Shown: piece after piece, positions 54,674-64,000 of the stretch
How positions within the stretch are numbered: position 1 is the stretch's first letter
How the letters are laid out: every line of letters starts with the position of its first letter
Assembly (NCBI GenBank): GCA_963787445.1
Contig: CAWBCT010000005.1
Location: 288,001-352,000 of the forward strand
Length of the DNA stretch: 64,000 nt
Source: an uncultured archaeon
Lineage (GTDB): Archaea > Micrarchaeota > Micrarchaeia > Micrarchaeales > CABMGC01
Direction of reading: 5' to 3'
The notes under the pieces: model-generated
Database searches by the model: none
What the model was told of the DNA's origin: nothing
Seen by the model: only the letters and a program-made list of their open reading frames with translations
Program-made: the position numbers and the translations under genes

Positions 54674-57127
54674 ATGAGCAAGATAATCGATATTAACTTG
54701 GAAGATGAGCTGCAGTCCAGCTACATCGACTACGCCATGAGCGTCATCATAGGCAGGGCCATACCTGATGCCCGCGATGGTCTCAAGCCCGCCCAGCGAA
54801 GGATACTCTATGCGATGTATCGCATAAACAACACCCACAGCCAGCCCACAAAGAAGAGCGCGAGAATAGTCGGAGAGGTCATAGGTAAGTTCCACCCGCA
54901 CGGCGACACGGCAGTGTACGAAGCGATGGTGCGCATGGCTCAGGAGTTCTCAATGAACCACATGCTCGTGGAAGGCCAGGGCAACTTTGGATCGGTTGAC
55001 GGGGACCCGCCTGCAGCGATGAGATACACAGAGGTGAGGCTTACAAAGATTGCAGAGGAGATCCTGGAGGATCTTGACAAGGAGACCGTAGAGATCGTCC
55101 CCAACTTCGACAATACTGAGAAAGAGCCTAGCGTTCTTCCGGGCAAGGTTCCCAACCTGTTGGTCAACGGCGCTTCCGGGATAGCGGTGGGTGTTGCGAC
55201 CAGCATGCCACCGCACAACTTGGTTGAGGTCTGTGATGCGATAACGCTCAGGCTGAAGAGCCCTGAAGTAACGCCAGAGGACATTCTCAAGATAATAAAG
55301 GGTCCGGACTTTCCGACAGGCGGAATTGCGATAATGTCGGGGAACTCCTACAATGGTTACAGGACGGGAAGAGGGCAGCTTACAATCCGCGCGAAGGCAG
55401 AGATAGACGAGAAGAAGAACAGGCTCGTGATAAGCGAGATCCCCTACAACGTGAACAAGTCAACGCTTATACAAAACATCGCGGGATTGGTGCGCGACAA
55501 GAAGATAACCGGGATAAAGGACATACGCGACGAGACCGGGCGCACTGGAATGAGCATTGTGATCGAGCTGAAGAGTGGAGAGGACCCGAACCAGGTGCTG
55601 AACATGCTGTACAATCACACGCAGCTGCAGGTCACCTACCCGATAATCAACCTCGCGGTCATCGGAAAGAGCCTGAAGAGCCTCAACATACTGCAGCTCA
55701 TAAACGCATTCATTGACCATCGACTGGACGTCATACTGAAGCGCAGCAACTACGAGCTGAAGGTTGCGACGGACAGGCTGCACATAGTGGACGGGCTTGT
55801 GATAGCGCTGGCGAGCATCGATGAGATAATAAAGACGATAAAGAAGAGTGAGGAGCTGGGCGACGCGAGAAAGAACCTGATTGCGCAGTTCAGACTGTCG
55901 GAAAAGCAGGCGAACGCCATACTTGAGATGAGGCTGAGCAGGCTCACACACCTTGAGAGCCAGTCCCTGGCCAGGGAGAAGGTGGAGCTGGAGAAGAAGA
56001 TAACCTATTACAATGAGCTCATCGCGAGCAAGCCGAAGCAGGAGGAACTCATAGTCAACGAGATGGCCGACCTGAGGAAGAGGTTCGGGAAGCCGAGACG
56101 CACGGAGATAGTCCAGGCGGAGGATGGCCTCGACATAAGTGACGAGGACATGATAACCAATGAGAAGGTCACGGTCATACTCACAAACGCAGGGTACATC
56201 AAGCGCATCGCGACGAGCAACTACAAGGAGCAGGCGCGCGGCGGAAGGGGAGTGATCTCGATAAACCTGAAGGAGGGCGACTTCGTAAAGCAGATAATCA
56301 CCTGCAACAACAAGAACTACATACTATTCATCTCGGACAAGGGCCAGGCCTACTGGCTGAAGGCCTACAACATACCGGAAGGAGGGCGCTATTCAGAGGG
56401 GAGGGCGATAGTCAACCTGCTCAACATAAAGGACGAGAAGATCGTGAGGATGCTGGATGTGACAAGCTTCACCGATTCGAAGATGGTCTTCCTCACCGAG
56501 AAGGGATTGGTCAAGAAGACCGACGCAAAGTTCTTCTCCCACCCGCGTTCGAATGGAATACGGGCAATAACACTCAATAACGATGATAAAATAGTGGACA
56601 CGATAATGTACTCGAAGGAGAAGTACCTCCTAATAGTCACAAAGAAGGGCAAGGCGATAAAGTTTGAGGAGAAGGAGCTGCGCTTCACTGGAAGGGCAGC
56701 CATGGGGGTTAGAGGAATAAGGCTCAAGGGAGATGAGGCAAAGAACATAATCGCGGCAAACGATGCAGGCCTGGTGCTAACGGTAACGCAGAAGGGCTAT
56801 GGAAAGATAACCGATGTCAACAGGTACAGGACCCAGGGCAGAGGAGGAGGAGGCGTCATAAACATAAAGGCCAACGACAAGACAGGCCCGGTCTCAAAGG
56901 CGATCTTCGTTGAGAAGGAGGAGATGCAGCTGATACTGATAAACTCGCTTGGGGTCAGCATCAACATCCCGATCTCTTCCATAAGGGTCACGGGTAGGGC
57001 AGCGAGCGGGGTCAGGCTGATGAGGCTTGACGAAAAGGCTATGGTATCAGACGCAAGGCTTCTTGAGGCGGAGCAAGAGGCGCCGGCTGCTCCGCCGGTC
57101 GTTCCAGTCCAGCCAACTAACCCCTAG
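54674..57127 (+). CDS. gyrA: DNA gyrase subunit A
   Basis: HPHGD, AAMRYTE, GyrA-box QARGGRG, beta-pinwheel repeats. Confidence 0.96.
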   Translation: MSKIIDINLEDELQSSYIDYAMSVIIGRAIPDARDGLKPAQRRILYAMYRINNTHSQPTKKSARIVGEVIGKFHPHGDTAVYEAMVRMAQEFSMNHMLVEGQGNFGSVDGDPPAAMRYTEVRLTKIAEEILEDLDKETVEIVPNFDNTEKEPSVLPGKVPNLLVNGASGIAVGVATSMPPHNLVEVCDAITLRLKSPEVTPEDILKIIKGPDFPTGGIAIMSGNSYNGYRTGRGQLTIRAKAEIDEKKNRLVISEIPYNVNKSTLIQNIAGLVRDKKITGIKDIRDETGRTGMSIVIELKSGEDPNQVLNMLYNHTQLQVTYPIINLAVIGKSLKSLNILQLINAFIDHRLDVILKRSNYELKVATDRLHIVDGLVIALASIDEIIKTIKKSEELGDARKNLIAQFRLSEKQANAILEMRLSRLTHLESQSLAREKVELEKKITYYNELIASKPKQEELIVNEMADLRKRFGKPRRTEIVQAEDGLDISDEDMITNEKVTVILTNAGYIKRIATSNYKEQARGGRGVISINLKEGDFVKQIITCNNKNYILFISDKGQAYWLKAYNIPEGGRYSEGRAIVNLLNIKDEKIVRMLDVTSFTDSKMVFLTEKGLVKKTDAKFFSHPRSNGIRAITLNNDDKIVDTIMYSKEKYLLIVTKKGKAIKFEEKELRFTGRAAMGVRGIRLKGDEAKNIIAANDAGLVLTVTQKGYGKITDVNRYRTQGRGGGGVINIKANDKTGPVSKAIFVEKEEMQLILINSLGVSINIPISSIRVTGRAASGVRLMRLDEKAMVSDARLLEAEQEAPAAPPVVPVQPTNP

Positions 57128-59880
57128 GCTTTCTTCCAGAACTTGCTGTTGCGTATGAACAGGCGCTGGGCCCTCAGCACATCCTCTATGAACGGCTTGT
57201 CGCTCTTCCTCACATGCTTTAGCAGCCTGCCTGCGGTAATCAGGCCAACGCCATAGGTGGTTAGCGCAGCTATCGCCCTGTCCCCATGGGCTTCAAGGAG
57301 GCCCGCCTCGTTTATCGCGTTCCTATAGTCCTCGCCCTCCTGCTTGGTAAGGCGCTTCCCCTCCCGCTTTTTTGAAACGGCGTCGTAGTACTCCTGCCTG
57401 AACGTGGAGATCATGGGGCTCTTGCACCGCATGCACAAGATCTTCTCGCTGCTCAGGTCCCGTGTGTTTACCTCTCGTGAGAACATCAGGGTGCAGTAGG
57501 TGCACAGGAGCTGGACCGGCTTCCTGGCGAGCTTGTGCTTCAGCTCCTCCACGTCCGCATCGGGTATGTCCGTGGAAAGCAGCTCCCTGTAGCCGAAAGC
57601 GCCGCGTATTGCCTCCCTGGAGAAGGGAGAACCCGTGGAAACCTCTTTTATCAGTATTTTTCCTTGCTTCAGGTCTGAGATGAACCTTGAAACGGCGTCG
57701 TAATCAACATAATTCTTCTTTAGGTCGCGTATGGTCTCATCCTGAAGGACGGTTCCATTGTAGAACTCTATGAGTTTGGTGAGTGAGCCCTTGCTCAGGG
57801 TCGCTTTCTTCTCCAGTATCCCGAAAAGCTTGGCCACATGGACAAACTTGTGCCTGTACAGCTCTGATCCCGAGAGTATCTCCTTGGTGTAGGCCTCAAG
57901 GTCTGTCTCGCACAGGGTCTTGATGAGCTTCCTCATGTCCGGCCTGCGCCTAGTATTTCGCAGCTCCACTATTATCGCGTAGGCGGTGGCGCGGATGAAC
58001 ACCTCGACTCCGCTCTTTCTCAGAAGGTAAACGAAGGACTTTGCGATGAACTCGTTGGCGAGCTTGCCGAGCGGCATGAAGAGCACGGTGTAGTCCTCCA
58101 GCTCCTCTATGAAAATGTTGTCCGGAGAAGGGATGAAGAAGCCGCGCTGCTTCTTTGAGAACTCCGCAACCGCGTCAAAGGAGCCGCGCTCGGTGAACTC
58201 CTCCATCGGTTTCGGTTGGGCAAGCAGCTTCATGGCATTCTGTGCAATGTCAAGTGAAACAGGGATGTCCTCCCCTTCCCAATCTGGTATCGAGGCTTCA
58301 AGGTCGGCGCCCGGCTCGACGAAGATTGTGTCATCGGTTATGCTGACAACCTTCCAGGGCACGCCCTTGGTTATGAACGAGGCGTTCTCATCAAGGCTGT
58401 TGTACACGAACCACTCGTCAAGCGTGGAGATTATCTTGTTGTTTGAGGCTCGCTTGACAAGATACCTTCGCGAGTCGGGAATCACGCTTATGTTCTCGAT
58501 GAAATAGGTCCTTGTCCTCCCGCCAGGGACTATCTTTCTCTCATTCACCCTGACAAGGCCCAGTGTTGTGCAGAACTCAAGGACCTTCCTGAACTGGGAG
58601 CGTTCAAGCTGCGCATAGGGAGCGGCCGACTTTACGATCGCGTAGGCCTTCTCCAGCTCTATCCCCCTGTACTCGAGCGCCATCCCGCAGAGCTGATTTG
58701 CAAGGACGTCGCTGGCCAGGTTCTCCGCCCTGCGCGACTCCAGCCTCCTATTTGAGGCCGCAATCACCGTTGCGCCAGACTCCAGGGCCTCCAGCGGCCC
58801 GGAAACGACGATGTGCCCCTTCGATACAGCGCCTTCCCGGTGCCCGCTGCGCCCGACCCGCTGCAGAAGCCTGTTCGACTGCCTCGGCGAGCCGTACTGG
58901 ATCACCGTCTCTATCCTTCCTATGTCTATGCCCAGCTCGAGCGAGCTCGTCGCTATTATGCAGTTGAGCTGGCCCTGCTTGAACCGGTTCTCAATCTCTA
59001 TGCGCTCGTTGCTGTCCAGCGAGCTATGGTGTATCCCAACGTAGTCAAAACCTTCGAGCCTGCTCAGGTACAGGAGCTTGCTCCCGATGGCCTCCACCAC
59101 CTGCCGGGTGTTGGCGAACACCAGGGTCGCCTTGGAGCTCTTTATGGTGTCCTCGATGTACTCTATCCTGGCGAGCGCCTGCTCGTCAAGGTTGAAGGTG
59201 GACTCGAACTCGGGGTGGCGCCTGAGGGGCAGCATCGGCATCACCACCTTTATCTCAAGCCTTTTCTCCAGTCCGGAGGCTATCGTCCGGTAGGGCAGCT
59301 CGCCGAACAGGAACCTTGCCGCCTCTGCCTCGTTGCCGATGGTCGCGCTTAGGCCTATGCGCGTGAACCCCTGCCTCATCTGGGCTATCCTCTGGAGCAC
59401 GATCGAGAGCTGGGCGCCCCTCTTGTTGTAGTAAAGTTCGTGCAGTTCGTCCACAATTACAAACTGCAGGTTTGCCAGCGAGGTTCGGAGCCTTGGGGAG
59501 AGAAGGAGGTTCTGAAGGGTCTCCGGAGTGGTTATCAGAATCTGGGGCGGCTTTGCGGCCTGGGCCTGTCTCTCCTTCTGGCTGGTGTCGCCGTGCCTCA
59601 CGCCTATCGTTATCTCAAGAGTCCCGCACATCTCCTCGAGCCGCTTCATCAGGTCGCGGTTCAGTGCGCGCAGAGGGGTTATGTACAGCGCCTGTATCCC
59701 CTTCTTCTCCGCGGAGCTAAGTCGCTCAAGGATGGGAAGCATCGCCGCCTCGGTCTTGCCGCTGCCGGTGGGCGCGACTATCAGGCAGTTCGAGCCCGCT
59801 GTTATCTCGGAAAAGGCCTCTCTCTGCAGGGGGTTAAGTTCACCCACCCTTTCGGAGAAGAGGGTTCGGGCGCTTTTCAT
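57124..59880 (-). CDS. Lhr-like SF2 helicase
   Basis: [34 protein letters not shown]-terminal CTYC...CMRC. Confidence 0.92.
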   Translation of the reverse strand: MKSARTLFSERVGELNPLQREAFSEITAGSNCLIVAPTGSGKTEAAMLPILERLSSAEKKGIQALYITPLRALNRDLMKRLEEMCGTLEITIGVRHGDTSQKERQAQAAKPPQILITTPETLQNLLLSPRLRTSLANLQFVIVDELHELYYNKRGAQLSIVLQRIAQMRQGFTRIGLSATIGNEAEAARFLFGELPYRTIASGLEKRLEIKVVMPMLPLRRHPEFESTFNLDEQALARIEYIEDTIKSSKATLVFANTRQVVEAIGSKLLYLSRLEGFDYVGIHHSSLDSNERIEIENRFKQGQLNCIIATSSLELGIDIGRIETVIQYGSPRQSNRLLQRVGRSGHREGAVSKGHIVVSGPLEALESGATVIAASNRRLESRRAENLASDVLANQLCGMALEYRGIELEKAYAIVKSAAPYAQLERSQFRKVLEFCTTLGLVRVNERKIVPGGRTRTYFIENISVIPDSRRYLVKRASNNKIISTLDEWFVYNSLDENASFITKGVPWKVVSITDDTIFVEPGADLEASIPDWEGEDIPVSLDIAQNAMKLLAQPKPMEEFTERGSFDAVAEFSKKQRGFFIPSPDNIFIEELEDYTVLFMPLGKLANEFIAKSFVYLLRKSGVEVFIRATAYAIIVELRNTRRRPDMRKLIKTLCETDLEAYTKEILSGSELYRHKFVHVAKLFGILEKKATLSKGSLTKLIEFYNGTVLQDETIRDLKKNYVDYDAVSRFISDLKQGKILIKEVSTGSPFSREAIRGAFGYRELLSTDIPDADVEELKHKLARKPVQLLCTYCTLMFSREVNTRDLSSEKILCMRCKSPMISTFRQEYYDAVSKKREGKRLTKQEGEDYRNAINEAGLLEAHGDRAIAALTTYGVGLITAGRLLKHVRKSDKPFIEDVLRAQRLFIRNSKFWKKA

Positions 59881-59887
59881 CTCAACA

Positions 59888-61507
59888 CTAGACTATGTAG
59901 GCGCCGCCGGTCGCCTTGTAGCTGCTCCCGAGCACTGTGTAATTCATATTGATATTCAGGCCCAGACCGAGCGGCACGCCGGTTATCGCCTTCGCGTTGT
60001 TGAAGCAAGGCAGCGTGACGTTCCTGTAGGCCAGGGACGGTATTATTGTGTTCACCGCCGAGAACTTTGCCGTTCCGACCTCGGTGCAGGCCATCGTGTT
60101 CAGCACAAACGTCTGGTTCAGCTTGTTGTAGAGCCTTAGGGTGAGGTTTCCGTTTGTGAAGTAGGGCGAGTAGCAGGAAAGGCTGGCGTTGAGCCTGCAG
60201 CTGCTGTTTATGCCGCTTATGAACGGCTGCGTCGCACCCGAGATATTGAACCGGTTGAGAAGGTTTATGCTGGCCTGCGCCTCGTAGGGCACGTCAGAGG
60301 TGTTGACCAGCGCCATCACCGTCAGGTTTTTCTGCCCGATAAAGCTGCTGGTGCTTATGAGGGCGAGCGGGCCTATCGTGTTGGAAGCTGTGGGGAACAG
60401 GTAGGTTGTGCAGTAGCTCCTGTTGGATTCAATGCTGATCAGCCCATAGCAAACATAGTTCGGGTTGGTGTTCGGCGTCACCGCTTCGTAGACCGCCGAG
60501 CTGTTGACAAGGAGCAGGTTGCCGTAGCCCGCACCCACTATGGAGCGTTCGCTGAAGTTGGCAAGAAGCCTGCTGTTGTTGATTGAGGGCAGGTATCCCG
60601 AGGGCGGGGTTGAGTTTTCTGGGGTGGCGGCGAGGGCCGAGATGCAGCTCTGGTTCCCTTCATAGGCGAGGTTCTTCAGCCATCCGCCCGAGTACCAGCT
60701 GCAGACCGTTGTGTTATGATTCAGGGTGACGACCGCTATGCTCTGCCCGTTGAGGGTCTTGTTTGTCGAATTGAGCTTTGCTCCCTGCGCCCAGATGTTG
60801 GTGACGTTTGGCGAGAGCGAGCTCTGGATCCAAAGTGAGTAGGCGCTGGCGCGCGGGTAGGTCGCGGATGCGGAGTACAGGTTCTCTAGGTAGCTGTAGG
60901 TGAGGTTGAAGAGAGGGTTGAAGAACGAGCTCACAGCCGGTATCTGGGAGGTCTGGAATGAGCCTAGGCCGTAGTCGTTGGTGAAAATGGTGTAGTAGAT
61001 GTAGCCCCCTACGCTTGAGTAGGACTCCTTCTGCCAGGTGGAGTTTGAGGGTAATGTCGAGTAGGGTGCAGGGGTCGAGGCGCTTTTAACGGCCACGTCG
61101 AACTGCAGCCTTGATTGGCTCCTGTTTTGTAGGGTGTACAGATTGCTCGGGTCGGCAACGTAGCTTATCACGAACGTGCCCGGGCTGCTGAACTGCTTGC
61201 TGAAGTTGAGGAACAGCGTCTGGCCGGCAGGGATTGAGACGTTATATATTGTGCTGAGGTTGCCGTTCATGAATATTCCAACCCCCAGGTCTCTTACGTA
61301 GGAGCGGCCAAGATTGGTGATCTGCACAGGGACGAACACGCTCCGGTAGGGGTATATGGAAACAAGGCTGTCGGTTGAGTTGAAGCTGAACTTGACGCTT
61401 ATCGGGCCGTTCTGGCTAGCCGGCGCGTTCTCCAGGTAGATGAAACCTATCGCCACTATCGCAACAACAGCGATGATTATCCAGGTATACAGCTCTTTTC
61501 GTTGCAT
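59888..61507 (-). CDS. Membrane-anchored secreted protein (CARDB/Ig-like N-terminal domain)
   Basis: N-terminal TM, VQITNLG...SIPAGQT...SPGTFVI; many NxS/T sequons. Confidence 0.7.
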   Translation of the reverse strand: MQRKELYTWIIIAVVAIVAIGFIYLENAPASQNGPISVKFSFNSTDSLVSIYPYRSVFVPVQITNLGRSYVRDLGVGIFMNGNLSTIYNVSIPAGQTLFLNFSKQFSSPGTFVISYVADPSNLYTLQNRSQSRLQFDVAVKSASTPAPYSTLPSNSTWQKESYSSVGGYIYYTIFTNDYGLGSFQTSQIPAVSSFFNPLFNLTYSYLENLYSASATYPRASAYSLWIQSSLSPNVTNIWAQGAKLNSTNKTLNGQSIAVVTLNHNTTVCSWYSGGWLKNLAYEGNQSCISALAATPENSTPPSGYLPSINNSRLLANFSERSIVGAGYGNLLLVNSSAVYEAVTPNTNPNYVCYGLISIESNRSYCTTYLFPTASNTIGPLALISTSSFIGQKNLTVMALVNTSDVPYEAQASINLLNRFNISGATQPFISGINSSCRLNASLSCYSPYFTNGNLTLRLYNKLNQTFVLNTMACTEVGTAKFSAVNTIIPSLAYRNVTLPCFNNAKAITGVPLGLGLNINMNYTVLGSSYKATGGAYIV

Positions 61508-61511
61508 GACA

Positions 61512-61982
61512 TCACACCGTTGATCCCTTGCCCTTCAGCACGGTCACGACCTCTCCAAGCTTGGTCGCTGTGCTCTTGTAGAAGCTCTCGAACAGGCCGA
61601 GGCTCCAGGAGTAGGGGTCGTACCGGTCGCCCACTGCGGGCGGCTTGAAGTAGAACTTGCTCTGGCTGTTCTCCACGAAGCCCATGTTCTTCAGGCGGAG
61701 CAGGTGGTATCTCAGGGTCTTCTCGTTGATCTGCTCCCAGTTCGTGTTTATGTATTCGGTCAACTCCTTCACGTTTGGGTCCTGCCTCTTCGAGAACTGG
61801 AAGTATACGAGCGCGTCGAGCACCGCCACTGCGCTGAGGCGCGACTCGCCCGGGTTTATCACTCCGAGGGAGAGCGCAAGCCACCTTGCGGCAGCCCGCC
61901 TTGTGTCAAGGACCTCCTTGCTTATGCGGAGGTCGCGGATGGTGAGCTCCCGCTCGATGAGTTCGGCTTCGTTGAGTTCCAA
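61512..61982 (-). CDS. Winged-helix transcriptional regulator-like protein
   Basis: NEKTLRYHLLRLKNMGFVE. Confidence 0.72.
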   Translation of the reverse strand: MELNEAELIERELTIRDLRISKEVLDTRRAAARWLALSLGVINPGESRLSAVAVLDALVYFQFSKRQDPNVKELTEYINTNWEQINEKTLRYHLLRLKNMGFVENSQSKFYFKPPAVGDRYDPYSWSLGLFESFYKSTATKLGEVVTVLKGKGSTV

Positions 61983-62025
61983 AGAATCACTACTATTGCC
62001 CAGAGGTTAAATTTAAACCTTTCCA

Positions 62026-63507
62026 CTAGATATTCAGGGCCCAGGGCAGCCAGGGGAGCGCCAGTATGAAGAGCAGGAGGAGTATGATCAGGCCTGCGGC
62101 GTGGAGCTTCCTCCTGTCGGCTATTAAATTCTTGTAGATCTGCCACCCGTCGAAGCTCGGGAGGGGCAGCAGATTTATGATTGCGACTATCAGGTTGAGC
62201 GCGAAGGCGAGCACGAAGAACTGGTACAGGAACTCCAGGAAGCTGTTCGAGTAGCTGATTTTTGAGGTGACGTTCTCCTCGTCAAGGTTCACGCCTATCT
62301 TTCCGGTGGCATTCGCGATTACGGTGTAGTTTCCGGTGGAGGTGGAGAGCGTGACGGAGGTGTTTGGAGCGTCCTGGACCGCGACCTGCTCAAGTGCGGT
62401 CAGGTTGCTGATTGGATACCCGTTCCAGGAAAGCAGGAAGGCGGGGGTGGCGACCACGTTCGCGGCCGGAGAGCCCGGCACTGTGGAGTATATCACAACG
62501 TGCGTCTGGTAGAGGCCTGGGACGACAAAGGTCAGCATCAGGAATGTGAGCGCGAAGAAGACGAAGGTGAGCAGGAAGTTTGCGGAGACGCCCGCAACGA
62601 GTATCTTGTTCTGCTTTTCGGGGCTCAGCTTCCTCATCTTCTTCTCGTCGGGCTCCACGAAGGCTCCTACGGGGATTATGCCGAACATCACAAGCCCCAC
62701 CTTCTTCACCTTGGTCTTGTACATGGTGGCGGCGATCCCGTGGGAGAACTCGTGTGCCACAAGGATGACGGCAAGCGCGAGCAGGCCTGCCAGGAGCGGG
62801 ATCGTCAGCCCGGGTATCACCGGCTCCAGCCCGGGAACCTGGGTGCTAAGCGCCCCGATGACGGCGTTGCTGGTCATGCCGGCGGGCGCCGTTGCAACGA
62901 CAGAGAGCAGCCCAGCCACCAGGCTGCCAGCCCCCACAAAGAGAAGGGCTACCATAAAGAAGCTGAAGCCTCCAACCAGGGTTACCCCATAGAGTAGATA
63001 GCCGACCGGTGAGATCTGGAAGGGCGAAGGCTGGGCTCCGGCAAATGCTGAGATGTTGGGTGCCTTTATGAACTGCAGGACCAGCACGGTGTAGGGGTAG
63101 ATCACAAACAGGAGAATCAAGATTAGCACGATGCCGAGGACGAAAACGCGGGGGCGTATCTGCTTCCTGAAGATGAACCAGGAAAGTAGGCCGAAGCTCA
63201 TCACCAGCCCGAGCTCGGTGATTGTCTTCCACAGCCCGGAGTGGTTCCTTGCGATGCTCTCGATGGTCGAGATTCCGGTCCTTCCGCCGAAGACGTACAG
63301 GCCGATTGCGCCGGGCAGGCCGTTCAGCTTCTGTATGATGAGCCCGGAGCAGAAAAGCGCAACGAATGCGATCACTATGCTTGCGGGAAGGCCGAGGAGC
63401 GCGGAGTTGTAATAAAGAAGTATCAGGAGCAGGAGCACGGCTAGGGCAAAAACTGCTGAAATTGCCCCGGCGTTCTTTACGACTCTCTGGGACTTCCGCT
63501 TCGCCAT
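62026..63507 (-). CDS. Site-2 (M50) intramembrane metalloprotease with PDZ-like domain
   Basis: HEFSH, GAFVEPDE, AGVSAN, NLLPLPSFDG. Confidence 0.93.
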   Translation of the reverse strand: MAKRKSQRVVKNAGAISAVFALAVLLLLILLYYNSALLGLPASIVIAFVALFCSGLIIQKLNGLPGAIGLYVFGGRTGISTIESIARNHSGLWKTITELGLVMSFGLLSWFIFRKQIRPRVFVLGIVLILILLFVIYPYTVLVLQFIKAPNISAFAGAQPSPFQISPVGYLLYGVTLVGGFSFFMVALLFVGAGSLVAGLLSVVATAPAGMTSNAVIGALSTQVPGLEPVIPGLTIPLLAGLLALAVILVAHEFSHGIAATMYKTKVKKVGLVMFGIIPVGAFVEPDEKKMRKLSPEKQNKILVAGVSANFLLTFVFFALTFLMLTFVVPGLYQTHVVIYSTVPGSPAANVVATPAFLLSWNGYPISNLTALEQVAVQDAPNTSVTLSTSTGNYTVIANATGKIGVNLDEENVTSKISYSNSFLEFLYQFFVLAFALNLIVAIINLLPLPSFDGWQIYKNLIADRRKLHAAGLIILLLLFILALPWLPWALNI

Positions 63508-63571
63508 ACGAGTATCTTAGCTACAAATGTATTTATTAGTTAATACTCCAATGCTTCTGTTAGGTGTGGAA

Positions 63572-64000
63572 ATGTACGACTGCGAGATTTGCGGCAAGAA
63601 GACCCCAACGCTGTACGTGATAGACGTGGAAGGCGCGGAGATGACGACCTGCGCGAGCTGCGCTGCCGGAAAGAACATCGAGGACACGATCGAGGCTGCG
63701 GATGTCAACAAGAAACCAGTCCATAGGACAGCCGCGCAGGAAGAGCCACAGGAGGAGATGGTGGAGGACTTCGGAGGCACCATAAGGAAGGCGAGGGAGT
63801 CGATGGGCATAGCCCTCAACGTGCTTGCGGAGATGATAAACGAGAAGGAGAGCACGTTGAACAGGGTGGAGCAGGGGAAGATGCAGCCGACAGTCGCGCT
63901 GACCAAGAAGCTGGAGAAGCAGCTCGGCATAAAACTTACAACAATTGCAGAGGGTTCCGGCGGCAAGGAGAAGGCAGGCAAGGATGCGCCGATAACGCTG
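63572..64000 (+). CDS. Multiprotein-bridging factor aMBF1 (runs off the window end)
   Basis: Not in the ORF track. MYDCEICG...VEGAEMTTCASC...IRKARESMG...LAEMINEKESTLNRVEQG...KLEKQLGI. Confidence 0.92.
   Translation, partial: MYDCEICGKKTPTLYVIDVEGAEMTTCASCAAGKNIEDTIEAADVNKKPVHRTAAQEEPQEEMVEDFGGTIRKARESMGIALNVLAEMINEKESTLNRVEQGKMQPTVALTKKLEKQLGIKLTTIAEGSGGKEKAGKDAPITL

Noticed and set aside
63517-63981. 154-aa minus-strand ORF
   Set aside because: Antisense shadow of aMBF1 on the plus strand.

Overview
Gene-dense archaeal chromosome segment, most likely from a DPANN archaeon of the Micrarchaeota. This is inferred from archaeal information-processing genes together with DNA gyrase, FtsZ, class III signal-peptide LamG/DUF2341 surface proteins, a DUF929+VKOR pair and tRNA introns at non-canonical positions. 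It holds about 65 CDS, mostly housekeeping (ksgA, rpl21e, ahcY, hisS, tyrS, ftsZ, secE, PCNA, trm1, nrdAB, uL15/uL30, gyrBA, Hef, Lhr, aMBF1), seven tRNAs (two with two introns each) and two VapBC-type TA pairs. The most notable observations are: (1) a 576-bp integrase-less mini-element in the 3' end of a double-intron tRNA-Ile, bounded by 21-bp direct repeats and carrying only a 39-aa AbrB-like ORF (absent from the ORF track) coupled to an HNH-type nuclease; (2) a stand-alone single-repeat (half) TBP; (3) a C/D-box sRNA in the leader of a histone operon whose guide matches tRNA wobble position 34; (4) a class Ic (Mn/Fe, tyrosyl-radical-free) ribonucleotide reductase; (5) a tetraether-synthase (Tes/GDGT-MAS)-type radical SAM enzyme with a Cys/His-rich tail and a downstream partner; (6) a cupin ORF with only an ATA start; (7) a shared palindromic motif upstream of orphan genes. 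All family assignments come from motif recognition by eye; no database search was run.
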